A stretch of DNA of 64,000 bases, taken from Octopus sinensis. Lineage: Eukaryota. The first letter of the stretch is position 1. Every line of letters starts with the position of its first letter. Under the pieces are notes generated by a model. That model was not told where the DNA came from, did no database searches, and saw only the letters and a list, made by a program, of their open reading frames with translations. A program made the translations under genes and the position numbers. This document shows positions 27,656 through 40,437 of this stretch, one piece after another. The stretch covers positions 77,934,001-77,998,000 of the forward strand of contig NC_043002.1 of assembly GCF_006345805.1 (NCBI RefSeq), given 5' to 3'.

Positions 27656-28381
27656 ATCTAAAGACTAAAAAAAATTGACAGCATGGTCACAGCTGGAATA
27701 CTTTTTATTATAGGTTTTACCATCAGTTCTAAAGCATGATACTTTATTATTCAGTATAGCAAGCGTTGCTGTTTGAAGGTGGGCCAAGGGAGCGATTGTG
27801 TTCATTGCGCTCACTCCTCCTGGTTTGAAGGCTTGTACCACCAGACAGCTTGTCAGCTCTGGTTGCTGGAACTGAAACTAACACGATGCTGTTGGAAGGT
27901 AGGTTTAGAGAGGGCACAGGCCAAAACTACAATTTCTTTGCACTCCATTGGTCAGTTGAAGCTTAGATAGGGTCATGTGACAGTTAGCTGGCGCTGGCTA
28001 CTGGAGCCTACTGGCAAGTATTTAAAGGGAAATTTGGTAGGATGGTCATTCGCCAGCTGACATTTGTTGACGCTGCATCAAAGAAACCGAAGAACAAAAG
28101 GCCAAAGAAAAAAAGGAGAAAGTTAAAACACACTCAAAACCGGAGCTTAAAGACACCAGTAGAGGAGTAGGGGCCGAAACCGGACGTGGTTCTGCCTGAT
28201 GATGTCTTTAGCCACTGGATCCTATAAAGGAGCTGTTGAAGTAGTGAACTACGAAACGTGGTTGGAATTTCTCCTTTAAACAAATTTGTATAAAATATAG
28301 TATTTGTTTAAATTACAAACAATTTGATTTAATTAATGAATGAAACTTGATTAATTTTATTTTATTTTTTTCTTATTTCAG

Positions 28382-28481
28382 TTTCAATCGTATAGATATT
28401 CCACCTTATGAAGATTATGAAAAATTCCTAAGTAAATTGACCTGCGCAGTTGAAGAAACATGTGGTTTTGCAGTGGAATAA
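28382..28481 (+). CDS. SMURF2: Smurf terminal coding exon
   Basis: tttcag|T TTC; (C)FNRIDIPPYEDYEKFLSKLTCAVEETCGFAVE-TAA; the catalytic Cys codon is split across the last intron. Confidence 0.95.
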
Positions 28482-30680
28482 AACAAAACATAAAAAAATT
28501 TAATTCATTGAACAGTGTTGGGGTTTTGGCCAGCTTTTCTGCTCTTTGTGTGCCAAAGGGGAAAATAGTTTTCGACAGAAAAGCAATACTTTTTTTTTTT
28601 TTTCTTTTACACAAAAGGCTGTTATTTTCTGCAAGTTAACCTCAGTATATTATGTCCGTTTGGAAGGTCACTAATTTGAGGGCTCTAAACATTTGGGTTA
28701 AACAACACCCTTGCAAATTGCATCACCTTTTGTCCTTGCTAAACAATGGCCAGTTGAGTTTTTGTTTCCTCATCTTCAAAGAACCATCTTTGGTCAAGAT
28801 GACTGACTGTACATAGTTTATCATTGTGAAATGTGGTTTCATGGTTTCTTACTTACATGTAAGTGTCTATGAGTTAACATTACTTCCACATTCAGAAGTG
28901 AAAATTACACTACATCTGTACATGAAAGTGATTTTGTATGTTCACAGGGCATGTGTGTGTATGTGCATGCACGTATGTAGATTTGTGTGTGAGCACTAGT
29001 ATTTGTGTATGTGTGTAATGTATGTTCACAGGGTATATGTGTATGTATGTGCATGCACATATGTAGATTTATGAGCAAGAGTGCATGTGTGTGTGTGTGT
29101 GTGTGTCCACTGAGTGTATGTGCATATGTTGTGTATTACATATGCTAAATAGGCATTTTCACTGTAAGCAAGCTATTTGATTGTATTCTCAATCATGATG
29201 ACTTGACATAAAGCAACCATAAGAGTGGTATTTCAAAAATAAAAAAAGTGTGATACCCACGATGTTTTTTTTTTTTTTTAATCATTCTCTTTTCAGTCCC
29301 AAATATCATAAAAATTGCATAAAAAATTTCTCCTCAGCCAGTTACTTAACTTATTGAGTCGAAACTGTAGACTTAAGAAAAATGGAAAACAAGAAATATA
29401 AAATGAAAGAAACCTGGAACTAATGACGGACAAAGTTTTGGATTTGGTGAATGGCTACAAAAACTCCTCCTAAAACACTTCCTAAACCCCCCTCTTGTGC
29501 TCTCTCTCTCTCTCTCCTGCTCTTTCTCTTTCTCTGAAATAACAAAAAAAGCAATCAAATTTTAAAAAACAATTATTCACGCAATTACTTTGATCATTGC
29601 ATATTTTATGTTAGGTTTAATTTTAAACTTTATTTCTTCACCTGAAACAAAATTTACCAATCACCACCACCACCACCACCACCGCTTGGAAATATGCAGA
29701 AGTTTCTGAACCATTTCCAATTACTTTTCCTGTTGTAAAAATCTATTTATGTAAAACAAAACAAAAAAAAAAGTACTTTAGGATTTTCTTTATTGTTTTA
29801 AGTTGTTTACCCACTTCTGCCATTTCTCTTCTACGTTTACTTGTCAGTGGTTTTATACTGACTCATCTTTTACCTCATCTTCTGATTTATTAAACCTTCA
29901 GAAATTATTATTTGTTAAAGTGTATGTGTAAATGTTGGTTAAATACCAATTGTATGAAAAATGTAATTTTATGAACATGCAAAGAAAACAATCTGCCAAA
30001 AACAAAAAAAAGTTATTAGGTTTGTTTTTGTTTTTTTTTAATGTCTTTGCATTTATCAAAAATTATTTTCGTTTTTATCAGCCTATGAATAAATCATTAA
30101 TGTGATCTTTTGTTTTTAACGACGGCCTGATCCTCTGTTTACTGATATTACTAGATATTTTTTTTTTATACATCATATACATATATGCACAACAATTTAA
30201 ATGGTGCCACATAAATGTCATTGCTGGTAAGACTTTTATACTCTCTCACTCTGTCACATCCAAACTCACTCCTAACAATGAATCCCTGTAGCCCGTATCA
30301 GAAATACAGGCATGGAGTTCTCTATATAATAGAGTAAAAAAAAAAAAAATGGAATAAAAAAATAAAGGAAATAAATGCTCACCAGTAAAATATACTATTT
30401 TGAATAATTAAGATGTGGTGTAAATCATTACAGTAATCAAAATAATTGAATCTGCTGGAATTTCAGATTCAGTCCACCGTTTGTCTAGCAATGGAGTGTG
30501 CCTGCATGTACGTATGTATGTATGTGTGTGTGTATGCATGTGCGTGTTCATACATCTGAGAGAATGTACTCCAACTGACTGACACACTGTATCAGTTTTT
30601 ATAAATAAATTTGTACAAAATGTCTTGTGATGATTTCTAATATAAAAAGAAAAAAATAAATAAAAGCATTTTAAGGTTAA
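28482..30680 (+). other. SMURF2: Probable long Smurf 3' UTR with several AATAAA signals
   Basis: Transposon-poor U/A-rich stretch after the stop, with AATAAA near 28477, 29238, 30088, 30603 and 30655-30664; transposons resume at 30749. The 3' end is inferred. Confidence 0.5.
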
Positions 30681-30750
30681 TCACATTGTTTACTTTCATT
30701 TAAGGAATATTTTTCCTTGTGTTCTGTCTCTTTCTCTGTAAAAGCTTATA

Positions 30751-30875
30751 CAGGGTGTTCAAAAAGTCTCTCCGCAGTGAATTTTTTTTCATCCTGCGCA
30801 TCACCATGGCACTACTTCAAGAGTTTTCTGGTGAACGGATTATTTCGAAGGGATTTTGGCCACCAAGATCACCAG
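30751..30875 (+). mobile_element. Tc1/mariner-type terminal fragment
   Basis: TA|CAGGGTGTTCAAAAAGT TIR-like start followed by ERIISKGFWPPRSP (WPxRSPDL-type transposase motif). Confidence 0.55.
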
Positions 30876-30929
30876 TTTCTATTCCCAAGATATATAATGT
30901 GAGTGCACAAAAATATATACATATACAGC

Positions 30930-31175
30930 TCTTCAATATCCTCCTGAAGAACCTGAGAGACCTGCATGGGGTGGATGCAGATGTCTTTAAAATAAAACTG
31001 GATCTCTTCCTGTCAGGTGTCCCAGATGAACCAACTTCACGGCAGGAGGTGCAGATGAGGGCAGCTGCATCGAACTCTCTCATGCACCAAATGGCAATTG
31101 CTAAAAAGCATTCGTGAAGTAAAATCGTGCAGCAACACTAAATGGCGGTGCCACAGCTCGTGAGCTGAAACTAAA
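30930..31175 (+). mobile_element. LINE (CR1/L2-group) ORF2 C-terminus and 3' end
   Basis: QLFNILLKNLRDLHGVDADVFKIKLDLFLSGVPDEP...RAAASNSL, followed by an A-rich tail. Confidence 0.75.
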
Positions 31176-31582
31176 TAAAATAAGAAAAAAAGAAAAAATA
31201 CAATAGCTGAGTACCTTGTTGCTGGGTAATTTTCACAATAGAATGCCTTGGTGGACTTTTGGAATAGCATACCCACATAAGCGGGATTTTCTCTGTTTTG
31301 ATGGGGAGTTTTCAAATTTTTCTCACTACACCCCAGCAGATGATGGGTGGGGGAAGATTTTTATGAAAAAATTTTGGAAAATTTGATTCTTCACCCACTG
31401 GACTTTTTTATGTATATTTTTCAAACCCCCTCCCTAACTCGGTACCAATTTTGGCTTTTTTTTTTCTTTTGCACTGTACGCTTTAAAACAGTGAGAAAAA
31501 CTGTTGGTTTAAAAAAAAAAAAATGGGAGTTTTGGGAAATCGACAATCACCACTTCTTTTTATTTTCAAATAGAAAATTAAA

Positions 31583-31952
31583 CGCAGGAGTGGCTGTGTG
31601 GTAAGTAGCTTGCTTACCAACCACATGGTTCCGGGTTCAGTCCCACTGCGTGGCATCTTGGGCAAGTGTCTTCTGCTATAGCCCCGGGCCGACCAATGCC
31701 TTGTGAGTGGATTTGGTAGACGGAATCTGAAAGAAGCCTGTCATATATATGTGTGTCTGTGTTTGTCCCCCTAGCATTGCTTGACAACCGATGCTGGTGT
31801 GTTTACGTCCCCGTCACTTAGCAGTTCGGCAAAAGAGACCGATAGAATAAGTACTGGGCTTACAAAGAATAAGTCCCGGGGTCGAGTTGCTCGACTAAAG
31901 GCGGTGCTCCAGCATGGCCGCAGTCAAATGACTGAAACAAGTAAAAGAGTAA
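31583..31952 (+). mobile_element. SINE family A, young copy
   Basis: Near-identical to 17063-17456. Confidence 0.9.
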
Positions 31953-32324
31953 AAAAGATAGATCATAGTTTTAAAATACAGATAGTCCAAATCTATAATT
32001 TGTTTCTTTTTATAATTGTGAAATGATTTTCAGACAGAAAGATGTATGATTTGAGGAAGATAAAGCTATTGTTTGTAGCACATTGCACAGCCACCTAGCA
32101 CCTTACTTACTTCTTTGTCACTCAGACGTATTGATATTTTTCTCCCCATAAACATTTTATGGAATGAGGATGCAGAAGTAACTGCTGTGATTTAAGCAAT
32201 AACAAAAAAAAGTTTATTTAAATCTTTAACCCCCACCCTGCAACAAGTGAGTCTGTGTGTGTGTGTTTTATGAGAAAGCATTTGCTAACTGAAAAGTACT
32301 CTATTAGAATAAATTATATAGCCA

Positions 32325-32595
32325 GTGCCACCTCGACTGGCTTCCGTGCAGGTGGCACGTAAAATGCACCAATCCGACCGTGGCCGATGCCAGCCTCGCC
32401 TGGCACCAGTGCAGGTGGCACGTAAAAAGCACCCACTACACTCACGGAGTGGTTGGTGTTAGGAAGGGCATCCAGCTGTAGAAACATTGCCAGATAAGAC
32501 CGGAGCCTGGTGCAGCCTTCTGGCTTCCCAGATCCCCGGTCGAACTGTCCAACCCATGCTAGCATGGAGAATGGACGTTAAACGATGATGATGAT
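32325..32595 (+). mobile_element. Family P retroposon
   Basis: Two GTGCAGGTGGCACGTAAAA-GCACC motifs, AGGAAGGGCATCCAGC and a (GAT)n tail. Confidence 0.85.
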
Positions 32596-32596
32596 G

Positions 32597-33110
32597 AATA
32601 ATAAAACATTGTGTACAGTGCTCAGGTGCACTACAACTCATCTAAAGTGTATGTATAGTACATAGGGTAATGTACAAGCGTCAGGAAAAGAACAGTGCAT
32701 GAGTCATGACATACACATGTGTATGAGTATGGAAGGGGGACAATCAGGTGTAGTTTCGGCGGATTTCGGAAAGCATGAGGGCCTTAAAGGATGCAGTGTC
32801 ATGGCAGTCAACAACTGACGCAGGCAATTTGTTCCATGCTTCAGCAACTCTGAGCGTGAAAAAATGTTTCCGAAAGTCATGGGAGCTGTGCTGTTTTCTA
32901 ACTTTGTAGGCATGTCCATGTGTGTTGGACACATGGAGATCAAAAAGGTGTTCAGTGTTGTTGGTGGTGAGGTGGTTGATAACTTTGTGGGTGTTTACCA
33001 AGTCCATCGCCAGACGCCGGAGCTTCAGTGAATCCATGCCCAGGAAAACAAGGCGCTCAGAGTATGGTAGGTGTCTGATGGAGGGTATGCGTTTGGTTGC
33101 ATGTCTTTTA
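32597..33110 (-). mobile_element. CR1-type LINE 3' fragment
   Basis: LKLRRLAMDL...THGHAYK...RKHFFTLRVAEAWNKLP...SFK, the typical CR1 ORF2 C-terminus. Confidence 0.85.
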
Positions 33111-34289
33111 CATTTTTTAAAATCACTGTTGCCCTAATGAAATTCCTTAAACATGTGTATACACTGTAAGCAATGTACATATACAGAGTGAGAGAGAGTG
33201 TGGTAAATATATATACAGAGAAGAGGAAAGTTTGCAATGAGAAGTGAAAAATGAAAGAGATACAAATAGAGAGATAGATCTTTTCAGTTGCTGTCACAGA
33301 TTTTGAAATTTGAAAATTTGCGAACTTGGTATATTGATATAGTTTGTCATGCTTAATCTGACTTTGATTCATTTATTCTAGAAAAATGTTACAGAGGTTT
33401 AAAGTTTGATCATTTTTACCCAATCAGACAATAGGGTTTGTGCATGATAGCAGTGTATCATAAAATGAAAGTAAACGTTAGAAGACAAAGTTTTAAACAA
33501 AAATGAAAGCAATTGCATGCTATATGAAGAGAGTGGGGAGGGGCAACATGTGTGAGAGATAATACATATACAGAGAGCATGATCTATAAGTTGAGTTATT
33601 TCTCAAAGCAGATTTTTTTTATGGACAACCTTCTCTTCAAGACGGATTTCAAAAATCAAATTTGCTTTTCTCAACAACACACCATTTCAGAGCCTTTTGA
33701 GGCTAAACACACATATACTTTCAGTTAGATATATAACTGTATATGTATCTATAACCCATGCTAGCATGGAAAACGGACATTAAACGATGATGATAATGAT
33801 TAGATATATAGATAGATATACACACAAACACATATACATACGCATGACTTCCATAGGATTACAGCTGCTTTGCAACTTTCATCATGTGTTAATTTCAGTG
33901 TGGAAGAAATTATGCATAAGTGTCTGCATTAATATGCATGCTCAACATTATACAATTGTATATTCACAAGGGCACTCTACATTACACCATAATTGTAGAC
34001 TGATACCCAAGTCAGTAAGAAGAGCTTTCTGTTATAACCACACAGTTCTCTGAATCCTTATACTACTTATATACATGTGTGCATATGTATATATATATTA
34101 TATATTTTTTTTCAGTTTCCATCTACAAAATCCGCACACATTTTTGGTTAACCTGAGGCTATAATGAAAGATACTTGCCTAAGGTGCCACACAGCTGACT
34201 GAGCCCAAAACCATATGCTTAGGAGGCCAACTTCTTAACCACACATACACACATTGTGTGTGGCAAGGGGATGCAAACACATATATACA

Positions 34290-35562
34290 TTGGGTCATCC
34301 TATAAATAATGCAGTTTTTTATACTTCTTTTATTTTTCAAAATTGGAATAAAGAAAGTTCTTTTTTAATCTAAAATATACTCTCCATTTTCTATAATGCT
34401 CTTTCCTCTATCTGGTAGACTTGTAAGGCCTCTCTTCCAAAATTCTCTTGTCTGTGATGAAAAATACTCCTCCAGTACTATTCTGACCTCATCTACGAAA
34501 TTCATATTTTTTCCATCCAAATGATTTTGAAGACTGCAGAATAAATGATAATCAGATGGGGCAATGTCTGGTGAATATGGTGGGTGGGGCATTTTTTCCC
34601 AATCAAACTACTCCAGCCTTTGGAATGTCATCCTCACTGTATGTGACTGAGCATTATCCTGATGGAAGAACACCTTTCGTCTTGAAACCAAAGATGGTCA
34701 TTTTTCTTTAAGTGCTGACTTAAGCTGCTCACGGTAGATCTTCATTGTTATTGCTTGGTTTGGGTTTAAAAGTTAAAAGTGGACTAAACCTTTCATATCC
34801 CACCAAACAGATAATAACACCTTATGTGGGTGAAGACCTTCTTTAGCCTGGAGTGCTAGTGTTTCTCCTTTCCCTATCTCCTGTCTTTGGTGCTTGACAT
34901 TTTTATAGAGAACCCATTTCTTGTCACCCTACAGTCAAAAAACATTTTCGCTTGTGAGACATAACAGCAAAGAAGAGCATGCATTCACTCTCTGCATGCA
35001 ATTATACTCAGAAAGTTTGTGAAGAACCCATTGATCCAATTTGCTAACTTTTCTGATGGCACACAAATATCGATGAATGACCAAATCCAAGGTTTTCTGC
35101 TAGTTCCTCAACAGTTACAATGGGATTTCATGCCACCAAGGTTTGCAAGACATCCTCGACTGGTTTTACAGATTCTCCAGGACAAGGCTCATCTTCTCAG
35201 CTGTAGTTTCCAGATCAGAATTTCTGGACCCACCATTGACAATGTCTTACACTTAGTGTCCAATCTGCATATATTGCATTAATATTCCTTGCATTTTCTG
35301 CTGCATTGTTGCCGTCATTGAACTTATAAAATAAAGTAAAATATGCCGAATATGCTCCTTTGTTACTTTCCATTATAGCTTAGCTTTGAAAAAATAACTG
35401 TTAAAATCGAGCTGCACTCTTCAAAAGTTGCACTAAAAATAAGGAACAAGGTAAAACTACTACCTACTTTTATAGCAAGTTGATGCACGTAGTTTATCCT
35501 GTCTCCCTCCAGCTTTTAGTTCATACAATTGAAAAAAAGCCATTATTTATGGGATGACCCAA
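34290..35562 (-). mobile_element. Mariner (Tc1/mariner) transposon, full length, transposase decayed
   Basis: TIRs TTGGGTCATCCTATAAATAATG / CATTATTTATGGGATGACCCAA, 1273 bp; residual frame PHPPYSPDIAPSDYHLF...NGEYILD (mariner YSPDxAPxD motif); upstream frame broken. Confidence 0.9.
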
Positions 35563-35847
35563 TATATATATCTTTTTTTCGGTTTCCATCTACAAAATCT
35601 ACACACATCTTTGGTCAACCAGGGGCTATAATGGAAGACACTTACCTAAGGTGCCACACAGCTGACTGAGCCCCAAACCATATGTTTAGGAAGCCAACTT
35701 CTCAACCACACATACACACGTTTGTGTGTGTGTATCAACACACGCCTATAATTGCAAAATGAATACCTTGTGTGCGTTCAAAATTGTTTATATCCCTTGG
35801 ACTGTTTCTCATTCATATTTAGATATATATATATAACACACATACAT

Positions 35848-36228
35848 TCTTTTGTTTTACTCATTTGACTGCAGCCATGCTGGAGCACCGCCTTTAGTCG
35901 AGCAAATTGACCCCAGGATTTATTCTTTGTATGCCTAGTACTTATTCTATCGGTCTCTCTTGCCGAACTGCTAAGTTACAGGGACGTAAACACACCACCA
36001 TCGGTTGTCAAGCGATGTTGGAGGGACAAACCCGGACACACGTGTGTGTATATATATATATATACGACGGGCTTCTTTCAGTTTCCATCTACCAAATCCA
36101 CTCACAAGGCTTTGGTCGGTCCGAGGCTATAGTAGAAGACACTTGCTGAAGGTGCCACGCAGTGGGACTGAACCCGGAACCATGTGGTTGGTAAGCAAGC
36201 TACTTTACCACACAGCCACTCCTGCGCC
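35848..36228 (-). mobile_element. SINE family A, young copy
   Basis: Reverse complement of the family A consensus. Confidence 0.9.
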
Positions 36229-36438
36229 TATATATAATACATACGCACATATAACATACATATACATAGACACACGCAACAAGCTTCTTTTAGTTTCCAT
36301 TTACCAAATTCATTCACAAAGCTTTGATTGGCCTGTACTTAAAGACACCTGCCCAAGGTGCTACACAATGGAACTGGACCCCAAGACTACCATAGTTACA
36401 AAGCAAAGTTTTGTACCATGCAGCCATGCCTATGCACA

Positions 36439-36490
<52 letters not shown>

Positions 36491-36584
36491 ATCTGTAAAT
36501 AAGTGTTGTGTCTCTATATAAACAAAACTAAAAAGTTTGGCATGTGATAAACAGAAACAAGAAATAAATAGAAGCTATGTAATC

Positions 36585-36890
36585 ATTTCATTTCATTTGA
36601 GTTTGAGTCCATGCTCAGGCCAAGTCGAAGACTCCACCCTCAGAGTCTGGTGTGGTTGCCAGGTTGTATTCTCTGTTTAATTTTGACATGTGTAGGAGCG
36701 AGTTTGAGTCAGTTTGTGCTCATTGTGTATATCCTGGGAGATGGGGTTCATCTCTAATGGTGCTTAAGTATCTATCCAACTGCAATTTGAATGATTCCAC
36801 ACTGCATCCTGATAGATTTCTGACATGTACCGGAATGGAGTTGAATAATCTTATTAAAACCCTTAAAAGCAGTGCCCTTATATATGTACA
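36585..36890 (-). mobile_element. LINE (CR1/L2-group) 3' fragment
   Basis: RLFNSIPVHVRNLSGCSVESFKLQLDRYLSTIRDEP, homologous to the 30930 fragment; (TGAAA)n tail. Confidence 0.75.
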
Positions 36891-37437
36891 ATCCTTTTGA
36901 GTGAAACAAATAATAAATAATACAAACGTTTGATAAATTTTATAATAATACAACCATTTGAATGCATCGCGAAAGAATTCTTTATTATTAAACAAAAATA
37001 ATTTTTTAAAAGTAAAATTATTTTTTTAATATGTTAATTATATTTACCAATAATAATAATTGCATGATTTTTTTTTTTTTTTTTTTTTGAAGAATGTAGA
37101 TTTGTATAATTTCCACTATGATTCAGTGGCTTGGTACAGTTGAAAAATAATTAAATAATTTCAGACCCAATAGAAGCCTTATACGTAAAATGGCCATTCC
37201 TTAGAATGCTTCCCATTTTGATGCTAGCAACATTTTAGATTAATATTGCCCATTATTTAGATTAATACTGTTTCAGTATCATACCCAGTTTCCATCACTC
37301 AGTTTTTATTGAAATTTTAAACAGATTTCATCCCACTTATACTTTGTTGACAGGGATGAAATTAGTTCTGACGTTTTATATCCATTGGAATCTTTTGCAT
37401 CGTATAACATGAGCCAAATATGGTCCATTATATTTTA

Positions 37438-37469
<32 letters not shown>

Positions 37470-37522
37470 GCTTTTTATATATAAAATTAGATATTTTGGT
37501 CTTCCTTTTTCGTTCATCAATG

Positions 37523-37761
37523 TTATTTGTCATTATTGCAGTATTCTGTAGTATTGTCAGCGAGTTTCAAAATGAATATGGCATCATCAATTACATAAAA
37601 GGATGTTGAAATATCACCTTCTGATATATAAGGAGCACGTGAAAATGTTATCAACTCATAGCCGAGGGGCTCTAAGACATTGTCAACAAAACTTACAAGT
37701 TGTTCTTCAAAACCAGAACCTTTAATGTCTAATTTCTCAGCAGAAGTATGATCCACAGAAT
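37523..37761 (-). CDS. METTL9: METTL9 terminal coding exon 6
   Basis: ttatag|AT TCT; SVDHTSAEKLDIKGSGFEEQ...FSRAPYISEGDISTSFYVIDDAIFILK...-TAA; total CDS 924 nt = 307 aa plus stop. Confidence 0.94.
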
Positions 37762-38649
37762 CTATAAAGTAAATTCAGCATAGTGAGCAATACGTTACCA
37801 AATTTTATTGTATAAATTAAAAATTAAATTCTCATGAAAATGTCTAGAAAAAAAAAAAACAATTGTAGATGTATTTAAATTATGTAATACAAGCAGCTCT
37901 GTATTAAAACTCATTCAATACAATGTACCTAATGTGTGTACTTGAAATGTTAGAAGCTGTTGTTTTTGTCCAGGAAAAATCCCCTTTTAGATATATTGTG
38001 TGAAAAAAACACAATATACTTCAGGTAGTTTCTGGAGTGATTTTGTTTTGCCTAGCTCTGAAGCATATTTTGTGTTTTTAACAATGCATCTATAAAGGGA
38101 TTTTCCCCAGATGAAAACTGCAGCTTCTGCAAACAGGGACACCCATATAAATATACATGCATATGCATGTGCACACATAGGATGGGCTTCTTTCAGTTTA
38201 AATCAACCAAATCCTCTCACAAGGCTTTGGTTTGCCTGGGGCTATAGTAGAAGACATTTGCCTAAGGTACCTTGCAGTAGGACTGAACCCCAAACCAACT
38301 GATTGAGAAGCAAACTTCTTCACAGCACAAGCATATATGCACTTTCTATAAAAACAAACCTTAATGAAATACAGTTGAAATTTCTCATGAAATTCATTTA
38401 AAATTTATTACTGTTTATAGTAAACGTTATCCCTGCAAACCAAATTATTAGCATATTAAAGAAAGTTGAATATAAGATTATTTGTGCTGGTCAACTGATC
38501 TCATAATCATACAACAGTCAATCTGTTATAAAACACTTGACATTATTCCTTATCTCAGTCAGTCTGCCTGCTTGGTACCAGATGAGAGGTTAGTGGTACA
38601 GAGAACAAACACATCTACAAAACAATTGTTCCGGTAATATAATAAATAC

Positions 38650-39000
38650 AATACATTCATTCATTTTCACTGCCCTCTATTCCTGAGATGATAATGGAAC
38701 TACAGTCTTCAGGCGCCTCCTTTCATAGGGTCTGATCAGAAGCAACTGTCATATATACTTACTGACCAGATTCCCAACAGCGACTGACTGAGGCTATGAA
38801 TATCATCCAACCATCTTGTTCTTAGTCTACACCTAGGTCTCTTGCTAGCTGACTTCACTTGAAGAATCCATCTTTCAATTCTTTCCTTCAGCATTCTTAT
38901 CACAAGACTGCAGTACCAGAGCTATGACCTGTCGATGTGAAGAAGTAGGCAGCTCAACCTATGGAGACTCCCTGATCTCAAAGTTACGCAAAACAAAAGC
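38650..39000 (-). mobile_element. Decayed RTE-like LINE 3' end
   Basis: The reverse strand shows a broken RTE-like C-terminal region and an (AATG)n tail; heavily mutated. Confidence 0.4.
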
Positions 39001-39286
39001 AATTTCTGAATTATTTTGTTTCTCCTTTTTACTTCAACAAAGCAACATATAATGCAAGAGTTGCACTTTTTTTATCCAGGTAGCCTGATGCAAGCAGAAT
39101 ATTGTCTTATATCTTTCACATTGTTCCAGTCATTGAACTGCAGCCATGCTGGAGCACTGTCTTGAGGGGTTTAGTCGCTCAAATCAACCCCAGTACTTAT
39201 TGGTCTTTTTTGCTGAACTGCTAACTTATGGGGACATCACATAAGTGATGGTTGAGAACATACACCCACATCCACACACGCACTTC

Positions 39287-39330
<44 letters not shown>

Positions 39331-39333
<3 letters not shown>

Positions 39334-39640
39334 TCATCATCATCGTTTAACGTCCGTTTTCCGCGCTAGCACAGGTTGGACAGTTCAACCGGGGTCTGGG
39401 AAGCCAGGAGGCTGCACCAGGCTCCAGTCTGATCTGGCAGTGTTTCTACAGCTGGATGCCCTTCCTAACGTTAACCACTCCGCGAGTGTAGTGGGTGCTT
39501 TTTACGTGCCACCGGCACAGGTGCCAGGGGAGTCTGGCAGCGGCCACGATCGGTTGGTGCTTTTAACGTGCCACCGGTACAGAAGCCAGTCAAGGCGACG
39601 CTGGCATCGGCCATGTTCGGATGGTGCTTTTTTATAATAT

Positions 39641-39675
<35 letters not shown>

Positions 39676-39995
39676 CATCATCATCATCGTTTAACGTCCG
39701 TTTTCCGCGCTAGCACAGGTTGGATAGTTCAACCGGGGTCTGGGAAGCCAGGAGGCTGCACCAGGCTCCAGTCTGATCTGGCAGTGTTTCTACAGCTGGA
39801 TGCCCTTCCTAACGTTAACCACTCCGCGAGTGTAGTGGGTGCTTTTTACGTGCCACCGGCACAGGTGCCAGGGGAGTCTGGCAGCGGCCACGATTGGTTG
39901 GTGCTTTTAACGTGCCACCGGTACAGAAGCCAGTCAAGGCGATGCTGGCATCGGCCATGTTCAGATGGTGCTTTTTTATAATATATATATAATAT
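39331..39995 (-). repeat. Tandem duplication (344-bp period) of a family P copy plus (TA)n
   Basis: Copies start at 39331 and 39675; about 300 nt are identical except for 4 transitions. Confidence 0.92.
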
Positions 39996-40437
39996 ATATG
40001 ACGAACTTCTTTCAGTTTCCATCTACCAAACCCACTCACAGGGCTTTAGTCAGTCCAGGGCTCTAGAAGACATTAGCTCAAGGTGTCACATACTAGGAGT
40101 GAACCTGGAACTATGTGGTTGGGAAACGAATTTCTTACCACAAAGACAAAAGACAACAAAGGATGCAGTGCATTAAATCACACTCTGTACTTATTTCATC
40201 AACTGTTGGAAGTATGAAATACAAAGTCGACTTAGGCAAGATTTGAACTCAAAATCTAATGTCATCTAAATACTGCACAGCATTTTGCTTGACATTAATG
40301 ACATTACCGATTATACAAATCACTATTCTAATGTATTTTAATTATGACAGCCATAGAAGAGCTTGCAATATAATGAAGAACCATTTTATATTTAAATTAC
40401 AGCGTAAAAATGTAGGGGTAAAAAATTGAAAACTTAC

